From contig JBHGNT010000017.1 of the NCBI GenBank assembly GCA_043228905.1, positions 9,114,001-9,178,000 of the forward strand: a stretch of 64,000 nucleotides of DNA. The letters run 5' to 3'. This DNA comes from Azolla caroliniana (Eukaryota; Plantae; Polypodiophyta). The notes beneath the pieces are model-generated. The model ran no database searches. It was not told the DNA's origin and was given only the letters and a program-made list of their open reading frames with translations. Below are positions 53,419 through 64,000 of the stretch, piece after piece; the stretch's first letter is position 1, and each line of letters opens with the position of its first letter. The position numbers and the translations under genes were made by a program.

Positions 53419-53715
53419 TTGAGGGAGTCTAATTGTATTCTAAAACCTTCTTTTGAGAAAATTAAGGAATGCTGAAGCCTAACTATATAACTACCCGAAC
53501 ACTTAGATTAACTATATTATTTTCCAAAATTTTCCTAAAAAACAAATAATTAAAAATTATTTTTTATTTTAAAAAGAATGCTAAAGTCTTCTATATAAGG
53601 AGGTTAGAAATTTCATTTTCATTATCACGTGAAAGAATCCATCGAGCTCAGAGCACAGGCCAATTTTTGAGCACTCAGAAGCACATCGTGGACAGCACTA
53701 CCTCCGGCACGAACC
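53419..53715. promoter_or_regulatory. Putative bidirectional promoter between transposase and cargo gene
   Basis: 297-bp AT-rich spacer between divergent ATGs; TATATA elements at ~53484 and ~53592. Confidence 0.45.
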
Positions 53716-56626
53716 ATGAACAAGGGAAAGAAAATCGTCATGTTAGTAATATTCATTACATTTTTTAAGATTCCTAAAGATTCCTTAAAGATTCCTTTCC
53801 TCAACACATAGAAATTTTATTTTATTTTGTACAACGAACTTGGAAAGCAATTCTGAAAGCCAGGACCTTCAACCAAAATCCAATGTAGTGCATCGGATTT
53901 CGGTTGAAAGGCAGGCATCGGATTTCGGTTGAAAAAAATGTTGTTTTTGCAATAAAAAACTATCGCATGGGACCATAAAATTGACGTAATTTAAATGATA
54001 ATTTGCGTGATTTAGATGAAATTGTACGTTGTTTCTATGTTTTCACCAACGTTTTTAATTTCAGTGAACCCAGACAAAAAGTTCCTTCATTTAGATTGAA
54101 GATTCGATCTCCGACAAAACGAGATTCTGGCTCCTTCATGAAGGACACGAGTAAAAAGAATTTATTTGACTCAACGGGGGAAGGAGGATCCAAGTCATCT
54201 GTGGCTACTACCAAAATCAACAAAGGTAGTACGCAAGAGGAGAAAACGGTTGAGGTGAAATATAAGGATTACCCCGAACTTGAATGGTGTCTCTCTTATG
54301 TCGAGGAGGATGGGGTGCTGTTATTGATAACGGCAAAATCAGACGGGGAAGGGAAACTTCAACTTGGAAAAACATTTAATTACGAGCATGTAACTAAGCT
54401 AGAGTACGAAGACATTGATTCTGCATGTATTTTAATCGACGTCTCGAGCTCAGTTGGCGACAGGCGATTGCGACTTGATGAGGGAAACCTAGTACCCGAA
54501 TCTTGCAATCCCAAGGCTTTGTGTAAAGACCTGCAAACGAAAAATAACTTGTTGGTAGCTCTTCGGCCGTACGTGACAGGAGAGATGATGACCGGTGAAG
54601 CAGAAACTCCACCGAAAAAGTCTAGGAAGACAAATCATGTTCAAAAGAAATATACTAAACGACCACGACCCGAAGAAGAAGAAGAAGAAATATTAGAGTT
54701 CGTGGAAGAAGAAGACGACCAACAAGTCGATGTCGTGGCTCCAGGCGGACAACTATCTTCTGGTGTCCTGATGTCAGAACAAAATAAAATAAGAGAAAAT
54801 ATTGTGAAGACTAAACTTGTGCGCAGGGGCCAGCTATTTCATTTGCCCATTACTTCTATCCAAAGGCCCCCCATTGACCCCGTGACTGGAAGACGTCCCT
54901 TAGAAATTAGGGAGCCGCACTCCGTCCATGTCCAAAACCTGAAAAGCAAAATGAAAATCAATCCTCACGCTACTGTGGTGCCATTTTTGGTAATGGTTGA
55001 TCAAGAACAATGCCCAACATTAGCAGATTTCAAGTATAGCTCTGCAGACGATTACACATACTATGTAATCGGAGGATCACATTCGGCCGAAGCTCGACGA
55101 CAGCTTGTCAAAGAATATCCTCTCACGCCATTCTTCAAATACGCTGAATGTAAGGTATATGCAGGACTAACTCACGAGGAGGCGAAGCTGCTCGCATGGG
55201 ACCATAACAATGACAACGATTATAGGCAAAAGATGTCATGTATAGAGAGGATAAGATTTTTTCATCATGAATACCTCGATGCCTTGAATCGTTTTGGTCC
55301 AAGATTGTGGCCTGGATTGCGACGTCAGTGTTTATTGGAAGTAGGGATTGTAGTGGATGAGAGTACGAAATCCGAAGGTCTCCGAAAATATGAATCTTGG
55401 TTTCAACTAGCTTTTCGGACTGGAGAGGTGTGGGATCTCCAAGACAAAATATTCTCTATGTGGGAGCGGAAAGAAGTCAAGGGGCAAAGATCAAAAAAGG
55501 GAAGAATTGATCCACAAGTTGAGATGAAATCAAAGACCAAGGGAAAAAGCGACTTGGTAATCGAGGAGTTACCAGAGGACATGAAACTTTTACCTTGGAG
55601 ATCATTACAAGGTATCAAAGATGATAGATTGTTAATATCCGTGCTATCTCGAGTGGTGGCCAAGGAATTTAGTTTGGACGAGATGGTAACAGACTTGCAA
55701 AAGTAAGTGTTTATAGTATACCTTTTCATGAAAGTCTTCAATTATTTTGAATATCTTATTTCTAATTTCATATTGATTGTGCAGTCACAAGGTATACATG
55801 AAGATTCAGGAGTTGATGATGCAAAAACTGAGTTTACCGACATGGGAAGAAGTTGAACAAGCCTGCCCGATAACTTCTTCCTACAAGGCATTGGAGGAAT
55901 ATTTTATTGTATTTAGAGAATGGGTATGTGTCTTTTGAATGTTGATATGTTAGAAAGTAATGTTCCCTGCTAACAACAATGACACTTGCAGAAACCATCA
56001 AAATCGAAAAAGAACAACGACAATAATGACGGTATTCCAGCGGCCTTCATCACGCACTTAGAACGTGCGAAATATGAGAAGAGAATGACCAAAGGGAAGG
56101 AAATGGAACTGCCTGAGGATTCGGAGACTGTAAAGAGTTTTTTGCATAGGTCTGATCCTTTCAAACAACTTCATCATAGTGTTTTCAATGGCGAAGTATC
56201 CCAGATGCTCGAACTGTTACCGAGAAGGCACTACACTTTGCTGATAGCTGACATACCATATGGTTTCCGTATTGCGGGATCAACATATGATGATGTGCCT
56301 TTCAAGTACCCTCAGATCGAGAAAATGGTAAAGGATTTCGCAGAACTGACATTGGCCCCCTTGTGGAGGATAGTCATATTTCATAGCATGGGGCAATCAC
56401 TATCAGTCACAACAGCTTTGAAGTCCCGTTGTCATGCCACTGAACACATGCATTGGTGCGTTATAGTTCGCTTTTACTCATTACAGTACTTCTTATTATA
56501 TGTACACATTTACACCTCTAATACTTGATTTTCTTTCTCTATAGGATCAAAACAAATATTACACGTAGCCCTGGCGATCGAATGGTTAGTGCGGTCGAAC
56601 ATTTTTGTGTGGGCTACTATGATTCA

Positions 56627-59600
56627 TGTCAGAATTCCGTGCTCGGCCACAACCGAGGAACAGAATCGATTCACAGAAAACGGGAAATACAACAATGCAC
56701 GAAAACAATAGAGAGAAGAGTACACTGGATGTTTTACGTGGAAAACCCTAAATGGGAAAAACCACGGGAGTGCAAGACTCCAACTATCACTATACTCGGG
56801 AATGTACAATGGCGAGCTGCAAGGCGACGACCTTGAGCTCGCTGTCCTCGCCACAGGCGGCGGTATTACACAGAGGCGTCGACCTCTTCCTTCCTCTTTC
56901 TCTCTCACTCTCTCTCGGCTGCTCTCACTTCGCTCCCTCTTTGTGGAAAACAGAAAAATGAGCAACAACAACAAAACTGTTTGCCCTAAGTCATATTTAT
57001 ACACATATGACTTTCGGGCTATTTACAAATATAGCCTCAAGGGCCCTTGGCAAACATATTCACAGATATGTCCCCGCATCCGGATCTCTCTCCGGGTACA
57101 TACGTCATCCGGCTCCGTAACTGGGGTCTTCAGCATCCGGCTCCGTAACCGGGTACTCTTCATCCGGCTTCATGCCGGTTACTCTTCATCCTACGGTTCC
57201 GTAACAGCCTCCGGGCTTGCCGTCATTCATCTCCGGACATCCCATCCGGAGGGACCGAAATCCCAACAAACTCCCCCTTCACTTCGGCATGGGATGTCTC
57301 TCCAACCCGATCCTCTTCCGGCATGCTTCCAGCTTGTCGGGTGTGAGCACCTTGGTCAGCATATCCGACCCGTTCTCGTCCGTGTGGATCTTCGTCAGCA
57401 CGAACTCCTTGTCTTCTATCCTTTCCCGGATCCAGTGGTATCTACGCTGGATGTGTTTCGTCCGGGAATGGTAGGCCGCGTTCTTCGCAAGGTGGATGGC
57501 ACTCAGACTATCGCAGTAGAGTCGGTACTCCTCCTGCCGGATACCGAGCTCTCTAATGAAGTCCTTCATCCATATTATTTCCTTGCCGGCTTCAACAGCC
57601 GCCATGTACTCTGCCTCCGTGGTTGACAGCGCAACCGTCTTCTGCAGCCTCGACTGCCACGAAACAGCTCCACCTGCATACGTCATCACATACCCTGATG
57701 TGGACCGGCTGGTATCTGCATCAGCCGACATATCCGAATCGGTAAAGCCGTCGAATTCGGGCTTACCGGAGCCGAATCGGAGGCACACGTTTGTCGTGCC
57801 CTTCAGGTATCGGAGTATCCACTTGACCGCGTTCCAGTGCTCTTTGCCGGGATTGCTCATGTACCGGCTCACCACTCCAACTGCATATCCTATGTCTGGT
57901 CTTGTACACACCATTGCGTACATCAAGCTTCCAACGGCAGAGGCATATGGTACTTTCATCATGTCCTCCTTCTCAGCCTTTGTCTTGGGGCTTTGCTTGC
58001 TGGACAACTTGCAGTTTGCCGGGAGGGTTGACCCGACCGGTCTTGCTTCCGACATGTTGAACCGGTGAAGCACCTTTGTCACGTACTTCTCCTGTGACAG
58101 CCACAACTGCTTCTTCTTCCGGTCCCGGATGATGTGCATCCCTAGTATTTGCCTCGCCGGACCCAGGTCCTTCATTGAGAAGGTTCGGTGAAGCGCTTTC
58201 TTCAGCGTCCGTATCTTGACCTGGTCCCGTCCGACGATCAACATGTCGTCCACGTACAGTAGGAGTATTAGAGAGTCTCCTCCTTCGAACTTCTTCACAA
58301 ACACGCAGTGATCAGACTGCGTTTTGTGGTACCCTTCGTCGGTCATGAAGGAGTCGAACTTCCGGTACCATTGCCGGGGAGCCTGCTTCAGTCCGTAAAG
58401 GCTCTTCTTCAACCGGCATACCAGGTGCTCCTTCCCTTTCTTCTTGAATCCTTCCGGTTGCTGCATGTAGATCTCTTCTTCGAGGTCACCGTGAAGGAAT
58501 GCCGTCTTCACGTCCATCTGTTCTACCTCGAGGTCCATGCTTGCCGCTATGCTCAGCACCGTCCGGATGGAGGTCATCTTCACTACCGGGGCAAATATCT
58601 CGTCGAAGTCGACGCCCTTCTTCTGCTGGAACCCCTTCACCACGATCCTGGCTTTGTATCTCGGGGGGTTTCCGGCATCTCCCGGTTTCAGCTTGAACAC
58701 CCACTTGTTACGGAGTGCCCGTTTTCCTTTCGGCAACTCCACAAGTTCATATGTGTGGTTCTCATGCAGGGAATCCATCTCGTCCTGCATGGCACTTAAC
58801 CACCTGCGGCTATGGGTGTCAAGCTTTGCTTCTTCAAAACTCTCCGGCTCCCCCTCGTCGGTTAGCAACACGTGCTCTGGTTCCGGAAATCTCCGGGGGG
58901 CCCTTCTCTCTCTTAGAGGATATCTCCGTTCCGGAGCTTCGGTAACCGGTTCTTCCGATTCTTCTTCATCCGAATCCATTTCGGGATCGGGGCCGGTTCC
59001 GGTATCATTTTCATCTTCCTCGGCCGGTTCTGTTTCTTCACCGTCTTCGGCCGGATCCTCGAGTGCTAACCGGTCCCTTGCCGGTCGGGACTGCTCCTCG
59101 TAGAGTTGATCCTCACCGGTCGACTTGGAGCTCTTCATCTTCTTCTCCGACTCCCAGTCGGCGAGTGTCTTGTCCTCCATGAAGATGATATCTCGACTCC
59201 TGAATATCTTCTTGTCGACCGGGTCCCATACTCGGTAGCCGAACTCGTCATCGCCGTAACCGAGGAATATGCATGGCCGGGTCTTTGGATCTAGCTTTCC
59301 TCTCCGGTCCTTTGCCACATGCACGTATGCGAGACACCCGAACACCTTCAGATGCCGGTAGGATACTTCCCTACCGGTCCACACTCTCTGCAGCGTGTCT
59401 CCGTCCAAAGGTACTGAGGGTGATCTGTTTATCACGTATGTCGTCGTCGACATTGCCTCAGCCCAAAACCCCTTGGGTAATTTCGCATGCGCCAGCATAC
59501 TCCGGACCCTCTCCATTATGGTCCGGTTCATCCTCTCGGCCAGCCCGTTTAGTTCCGGCGTCTTCGGCACAGTAAACTCGAGCCGGATTCCCTTCGAGCG

Positions 59601-60950
59601 ACAGTACTCCGCGAACTGCCCCCGGTATTCCCCTCCGTTATCCGCTCGTATCGTTTTCAGCTTCTTGCCGATTCCCTTTCCACTCTCGCGTGGAGTTCTT
59701 TGAAGACGCACAATACTTGGTCCTTTGTCTTCAACGGTGCCGTCCACAGCTTCCGGCTATGGTCATCTATGAATGTTACAAAGTACTGGGCTCCGCCATG
59801 TGACTTCGTTTCTACCTGACACACATCAGTGTGTACCAACTCCAATGGTACACTACGTCTCATCGGTGGTCTTGAGCGGAAGGAGGTTCGGTTCTGCTTA
59901 CCGGCCAGACAGTCGGTACACTTCCCCAAGTGTACGTGCTTTATCGGTATCAGGTTGTCTTCGGCAAGTCTCTTCATCCCCTTCTCGCTCATGTGGCACA
60001 GTCTCTTGTGCCATAGCTCACCGGCAATGTCGGCTGCCACATTCAGCTCTTCCGGACACAACCAGGCATTCATAAGGTACAGTGTGTTGACTTTCCGGGC
60101 CCGAGCCACTATCAGGCTTCCCTTGCTGAACTTCATTACGCCGTTCCGGATGCTACCTGTGTAGCCTTCATCGTCTAGCCTCCCGGCCAAAATCAGGTTC
60201 AATCGAACCTCCGGAACGTGTCGGACATCCTTCAGCAGCATTTTGCATCCGGTCGGGGTTGTCAACCATACGTCTCCTATGCCGGCAATCCGGCACGTAC
60301 CTTCATTTTGTCGGGATTCCGCGCTCGGCCACAACCGAGGAACAGGATCGATTCACAGAAAACGGGAAATACAACAATGCACGAAAACAATAGAGAGAAG
60401 GGTACACTGGATGTTTTACGTGGAAAACCCTAAATGGGAAAAACCACGGGAGTGCAAGACTCCAACTATCACTATACTCGGGAATGTACAATGGCGAGCT
60501 GCAAGGCGACGACCTTGAGCTCGTTGTCCTCGCCACAGGCGGCGGTATTACACAGAGGCGTCGACCTCTTCCTTCCTCTTTCTCTCTCACTCTCTCTCGG
60601 CTGCTCTCACTTCGCTCCCTCTTTGTGGAAAACAGAAAAATGAGCAGCAACAACAAAACTGTTTGCCCTAAGTCATATTTATACACATATGACTTTCGGG
60701 CTATTTACAAATATAGCCTCAAGGGCCCTTGGCAAACATATTCACAGATATGTCCCCGCATCCGGATCTCTCTCCGGGTACATACGTCATCCGGCTCCGT
60801 AACTGGGGTCTTCAGCATCCGGCTCCGTAACCGGGTACTCTTCATCCGGCTTCATGCCGGTTACTCTTCATCCTACGGTTCCGTAACAGCCTCCGGGCTT
60901 GCCGTCATTCATCTCCGGACATCCCATCCGGAGGGACCGAAATCCCAACA
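56627..60950 (-). mobile_element. Copia element lacking PBS and gag, inserted in the methyltransferase gene
   Basis: 642-bp LTRs 56627-57268 and 60309-60950 (about 7 visible differences); TSD ATTCA at 56622-56626 and 60951-60955; PPT next to 57268. Confidence 0.95.
57279..60308 (-). pseudogene. pol: Copia pol (partial PR, IN, RT, RNase H); one frameshift near 59660
   Basis: 822-aa ORF with [36 protein letters not shown]; 225-aa ORF with LWHKRLCH. Confidence 0.92.
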
Positions 60951-62329
60951 ATTCAATTACAAAGAAGAAGGCTAGAGCACATGTCAATGAGCGTAACGTG
61001 GTTAACTACATCATGTGCCCAGCTGTAACCAAAAAATTAAGACATGTGTCAGGGGATAAAAGTATGGTGAACCCTTATCAAAAACCTCAAAGATTGATCA
61101 ACCGCCTCATAGAGCTCTTCTCGAATCCAGATGATTGGGTCCTAGACTTGTTCTCTGGCACAGGTATAATATATATATTTAATTTCAATCTTGTCTATCA
61201 AGTTTAAGACGTTACTTCTTATATATACTTGTTTGTGTTCATGCGACCATTAGGTACAACAACAGCTTGTGCATTGAAGATGTTTAGAAACTGTGTTGCA
61301 TTGGAGAAGGACCCTGCTCAAGTTAACTTCATCAAAATGAGGATCACAGGAATCTGGGACTGTCCGGATCAGGATCAAGAAGTCGGAGCAAAACACATCA
61401 ACGAGACAGAGATGTTCCAGATGACTTCACGAGAACCAATGGAACCAATTGATGAAGAAGCAAGGGAGCTGGTGGACCCGGAAGATGTAGCACAGTTTGA
61501 CCATACATCAGATTCGAGAGAGCTTGGAGATGACACGAATGAAAACAGTCTAGAACAATCAGCGCCAGAGGAGCCTGCTCTGCCTGATTTGCTTATAGAT
61601 TGATGTAGATGGCGTAATGTAAAAATTGAGGATTTTGAGGCATAATGTTCACCATCACTTCATATTATATTTGTATATGAGAACATCTGTAATTGTTTAT
61701 CGTTTAATTAAATTCACCTGTTCATAATTTCCCGTTTTAATCATTATTGGAACCGTTGTTTGTATTTACATATAATTGGTCACCATGCTCTTCTTCAGTT
61801 TGAGATATTAACATGATATTGTAATTTCTCATTTCCGTTAGCATGACTGTATATGAAAAGGCGAATATTTTTGATAATAAGAGGTTTTTAGTTACCTACG
61901 GTTCAAGTCTACTGGTTCCACATAGTATAAATGAATGTCATACGTAATTGTTACTCTTACCAATTACATTGTCATGAAATATATGACATTATACAATGAA
62001 ACTATCGATATACCCGTCCAACAAGTGGGGTACTACTTTATTCCTAAACCCAAAACCACATATTTATAATTACGGTTTATGTAGTTTTACTCTACAATTT
62101 GAATATGGATACCAATTTTAGAACTTTTTATTGAACCAAGTCTTCAATTGTGCTCCATGATATGCAAATTGACACGAATGTGGACACATATACAATTTAG
62201 TAATTGCTAGGTTTTTTTTGTTCTATATTTAACCATCAAGTCGCAAAAGGGGTACGCATGCATCGTATATTTTTGATATCGGGCTAAAATAGGGTACTTT
62301 TCTACATCTGGCCAACTATGCCAAAAGAG

Positions 62330-62366
62330 AATACGACATATTACCTGTTTCAAATGACCCGGTGTT
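62330..62366 (-). repeat. Right TIR
   Basis: Reverse complement AACACCGGGTCATTTGAAACAGGTAATATGTCGTATT. Confidence 0.9.
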
Positions 62367-62370
62367 TGGT

Positions 62371-63904
62371 GTTGACCCATCTAACCCGACTCGATACCAC
62401 GGAGGGTGGTTAACCCCCATGTCGTGAAGATTCCAGGGCATGGTGAGAAACCGGGGAATATCAGAGGAATCGGCGAGGTGGAGCATGTGCACTCACCCTT
62501 GATAGGGGCGCCATCATGGCGCCGGATAGTAGTTAATTCAGGACAGAGGATCCCATGTAATAAGGGATTTATCCCACATTGGTACGCATCCCTCTCCTTG
62601 TTCTATAAATGGAAGGGAGCTCCCTTTGTAAAAGGGTTGCCCATTTTGAGTTAGGAAGGGTATACCTCTTAGGTCTAGGGTTTGGTAGTTTTCTTGGTCT
62701 TCATCTTATTCTTATTCCCTTAGGGTTTGTATTTTGGTCTTTTCACCCTATTTCGTTTAGGGTTTCATTTTATTCTTCTTCATTATCTCGTGGGTTTGGT
62801 TCACTCTTTCGAGTGGATGTTAGTGTCCCATTTAGGTTCTTCTTCGTGTGAGAGTTTTTGATTGGTTCGAGGTTTCAACAACGATGGCTTTTGGCATTCC
62901 GGTGGCGGCACTTGAAGGTTTGGTTTCCTCTCCTCGATGGAGAGTGTTTCGCATGGCGGTCGGTTCGAGAAGGGAGGGCGAAGTGGCACGGGAACACTCC
63001 ATCGTCGTCGGGGCGTGACCAACGATGGATGTCGCGGTCCCGACGGCCCACTTGACTCGCCTTCGCCGGTCCCCCATTCTTATCTTGTTTGTAATAGCCA
63101 CCAGATTCAGGCATGTAACCGTCTTGTTGTAAAACTCTTGCAATATATATGCATGTTGGTGTATATCTATCTTCCTTGTAACATATTTGAGTCGGGTCCA
63201 TATTCGCGGTGAACCATCTTTTGTGAAACCCTACATTCGTTGGATCCGGAAGCCGATTCCGAACCAAAGCCTACAAAGCTTAAGGACTCCACCATCCGTC
63301 TCCCTAGTCCAAGACCCCCACGGTCCCGCCTAAGATCCTACACGTACCCGCGGAATACCACGACACCAGGGACACTACCAAACATGAACCTCCCATTGAA
63401 CCCAGCAACTAGAGCACCTCTCAACACAGCCCCACTACAGGAGAGCCCAATGGCAAACACGCTCAGCGTAGAGTGACACATACGGGATGTCGCGCAAGAG
63501 TTACGTGTGATAGAACAAGAAATCAATATATGGATGATGCAACTCGCGAAAGGGGGACAACCGGAAATCATCACCCGAGATATCGAAGCCGCTTTGGCAC
63601 CCGACACCGCCACATATAGACACGACCCCTACACCCGACCAAACTGTCTCGGCACCCCCAAACGCCGAACTCGCACTAGCATTACAATCTATCCAAACCC
63701 TCGTGGCATTGATGGAAAAAGAGTGATTGCCCACAGACAATTCGAGAAACCCTACCAACGACAGCGGGAAGAGTGCTTCCTTTTATAAGCTAGTACCCCG
63801 TTTTCTCGGTTTCGGTGACGCATAAGATCACGTAGAGAGGTTCAAGCAGATATGTCGAGCTTATGAGCCCCTCACAAAGACTACCAAAGTAGCCGCATTC
63901 AGAC
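62371..63904 (+). mobile_element. Probable LTR (ending ~63235) and degenerate gag start of a Gypsy-like element, probably the target of the DNA transposon (continues from ~50119-50418)
   Basis: TATAAAT at ~62604; ...CCCTACA end; gag-like PRFLGFGDA*DHVERFKQIC near 63800-63860. Confidence 0.4.
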
Positions 63905-64000
63905 TGTTGAGAGATAGGTCCCTCCGGATGGGAAGGGAGAAGAACAGTGCCTCGGCCGAAACCGTATGAGGTGGACCTGGCTACGGAGAGCCAGATGGTG
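63905..64000 (+). mobile_element. Start of a Copia B-family LTR
   Basis: TGTTGAGAGATAGGTCCCTCCGGATGGGAAGGGAGAAGAACAGTGC matches 31094 onward. Confidence 0.85.

Larger units (their letters stand above)
53716..61603 (+). pseudogene. Six-exon ParB/Srx-like + beta-class N6A/N4C DNA methyltransferase fusion (968 aa reconstructed), disrupted by a Copia insertion in exon 5
   Basis: Exons 53716-53741, 54065-55702, 55785-55923, 55992-56455, 56545-56626+60956-61163, 61254-61603; all introns GT-AG and phase-consistent. Motifs YYVIGGSHS (ParB-like), LLIADIPYG (IV), WIK, PYQKP..LI..LI (X), VLDLFSGTGTT (I), ALEKD (II). Confidence 0.85.
50419..62366. mobile_element. Complete TIR DNA transposon (Sola-like) carrying a ParB-DNA methyltransferase cargo gene; 7619 bp without the nested Copia
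   Basis: 37-bp TIRs with 2 mismatches; 4-bp TSD TGGT at 50415-50418 and 62367-62370; transposase and cargo gene inside. Confidence 0.88.

Noticed and set aside
54003-55706. Stand-alone 567-aa gene starting at 54003
   Set aside because: The ORF starts at a TTG inside intron 1, and its stop lies in the GTAAGT donor of intron 2.
56802-57626. 274-aa ORF and other antisense ORFs over Copia LTR/pol
   Set aside because: Shadow ORFs opposite retrotransposon sequence, duplicated with the LTR, with no recognisable motifs.
53716-61603. Bacterial contamination or a restriction-modification system
   Set aside because: The gene has spliceosomal introns, a plant-type Copia insertion and eukaryotic TE flanks; no endonuclease partner is visible.
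50421-62364. CACTA/EnSpm classification from CACTG/CACCG near the termini
   Set aside because: The inverted repeat extends 2 bp further (AACAC), only that boundary yields a TSD (4 bp), and the transposase lacks CACTA motifs.
62420-62435. LTR start TGTCGTGAAGAT matching 5763
   Set aside because: Similarity stops after about 12 nt and no matching TCACGACA end or TSD was found.

Overview
Eukaryotic, transposon-saturated DNA, most like a non-seed land plant (bryophyte/fern-type); the host cannot be fixed from sequence alone. No ordinary host gene is evident. Most of the window is nested, decayed Ty3/Gypsy and Ty1/Copia LTR retrotransposons, several delimited by LTRs and 5-bp TSDs, including a Gypsy-in-Copia-in-Copia nest at 29171-46269. 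The standout is a fully bounded cut-and-paste DNA transposon at 50419-62366 (37-bp TIRs, 4-bp TGGT TSD). It has a Sola-like transposase and, head-to-head with it, a six-exon gene for a ParB/Srx-like domain fused to a bacterial/phage-type beta-class amino (6mA/4mC) DNA methyltransferase. Splicing five GT-AG introns and removing a later Copia insertion (TSD ATTCA) gives an open 968-aa frame. A second, Sola2-like transposase remnant (about 23.8-25.3 kb) lies next to a spliced FCP1/NIF-like gene and arrays of the palindrome TAGCTAATTAGCTA. All family assignments come from motif recognition, not database searches.
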